From Stylophora pistillata (taxonomy: Eukaryota): 64,000 bases of DNA. Location of the stretch: positions 362,248 to 426,247 of the forward strand of contig NW_019217990.1 in NCBI RefSeq assembly GCF_002571385.2. The letters run 5' to 3'. A program made the translations under genes and the position numbers. This document shows positions 63,790 through 64,000 of the stretch, piece after piece. Positions within the stretch are counted from its first letter, which is position 1, and the number at the start of each line of letters is the position of its first letter. The notes beneath the pieces are model-generated. The model was given only the letters and a program-made list of their open reading frames with translations. It had not been told where the DNA came from and ran no database searches.

Positions 63790-64000
63790 CTAATAAAATG
63801 TTGAAGAGTCTTTTCTCCCTTGGTCATGAAGCATTAAGGAATACATAATTTGTGAAAGAGCGCGTTCTATGAAATGCATTTTAAACAATATATGTAGACG
63901 ATTTCGTGTCTAGCTTCATCGAATACCTTAAGTAGATGATACAGGGGAAAGACACCAGCTCACTTTGGTAGTAATGCTTTGGAATACAACAGTTAGCAGC

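Overview
Eukaryotic, AT-rich, intron-containing animal DNA. The repeat repertoire (tRNA-headed SINEs, L2, DIRS1, Penelope, Kolobok, many short MITEs) and gene content suggest an anthozoan/stony coral; this is an inference. All host genes are on the minus strand: (1) 5' half of a clan-2, CYP1-like cytochrome P450 running off the left edge, with an in-frame TGA and an upstream cluster of nine CAAGGY nuclear-receptor-type motifs; (2) a CCDC122-like coiled-coil gene (6 exons traced); (3) a 14-exon CERT1 ceramide transfer protein gene with a 1-nt homopolymer frameshift; (4) a complete 21-exon receptor tyrosine kinase (RTK-A, about 1695 aa) with three F5/8 type C (discoidin) domains, a degenerate F-type lectin domain, three FN3 domains, a TM helix and a kinase split by a 407-codon single-exon acidic insert, plus an apparent internal TATA/Inr promoter with its own signal-peptide exons; (5) the kinase half of a tandem paralog (RTK-B) whose insert exon is 228 codons and has no tyrosine. 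Introns hold a complete but decayed DIRS1 retrotransposon with a nested L2, a SINE nested in a SINE, a THAP-remnant Kolobok MITE, a CA..TG TIR element with a 5-bp TSD and a solo LTR; a second 5-bp-TSD element lies upstream of RTK-A, and a Penelope fragment with a degenerate hammerhead ribozyme lies between CCDC122-like and CERT1. Two duplications adjoin N-gaps and may be assembly artefacts. Exon boundaries were read by eye and checked for GT-AG and phase; no database search was possible.
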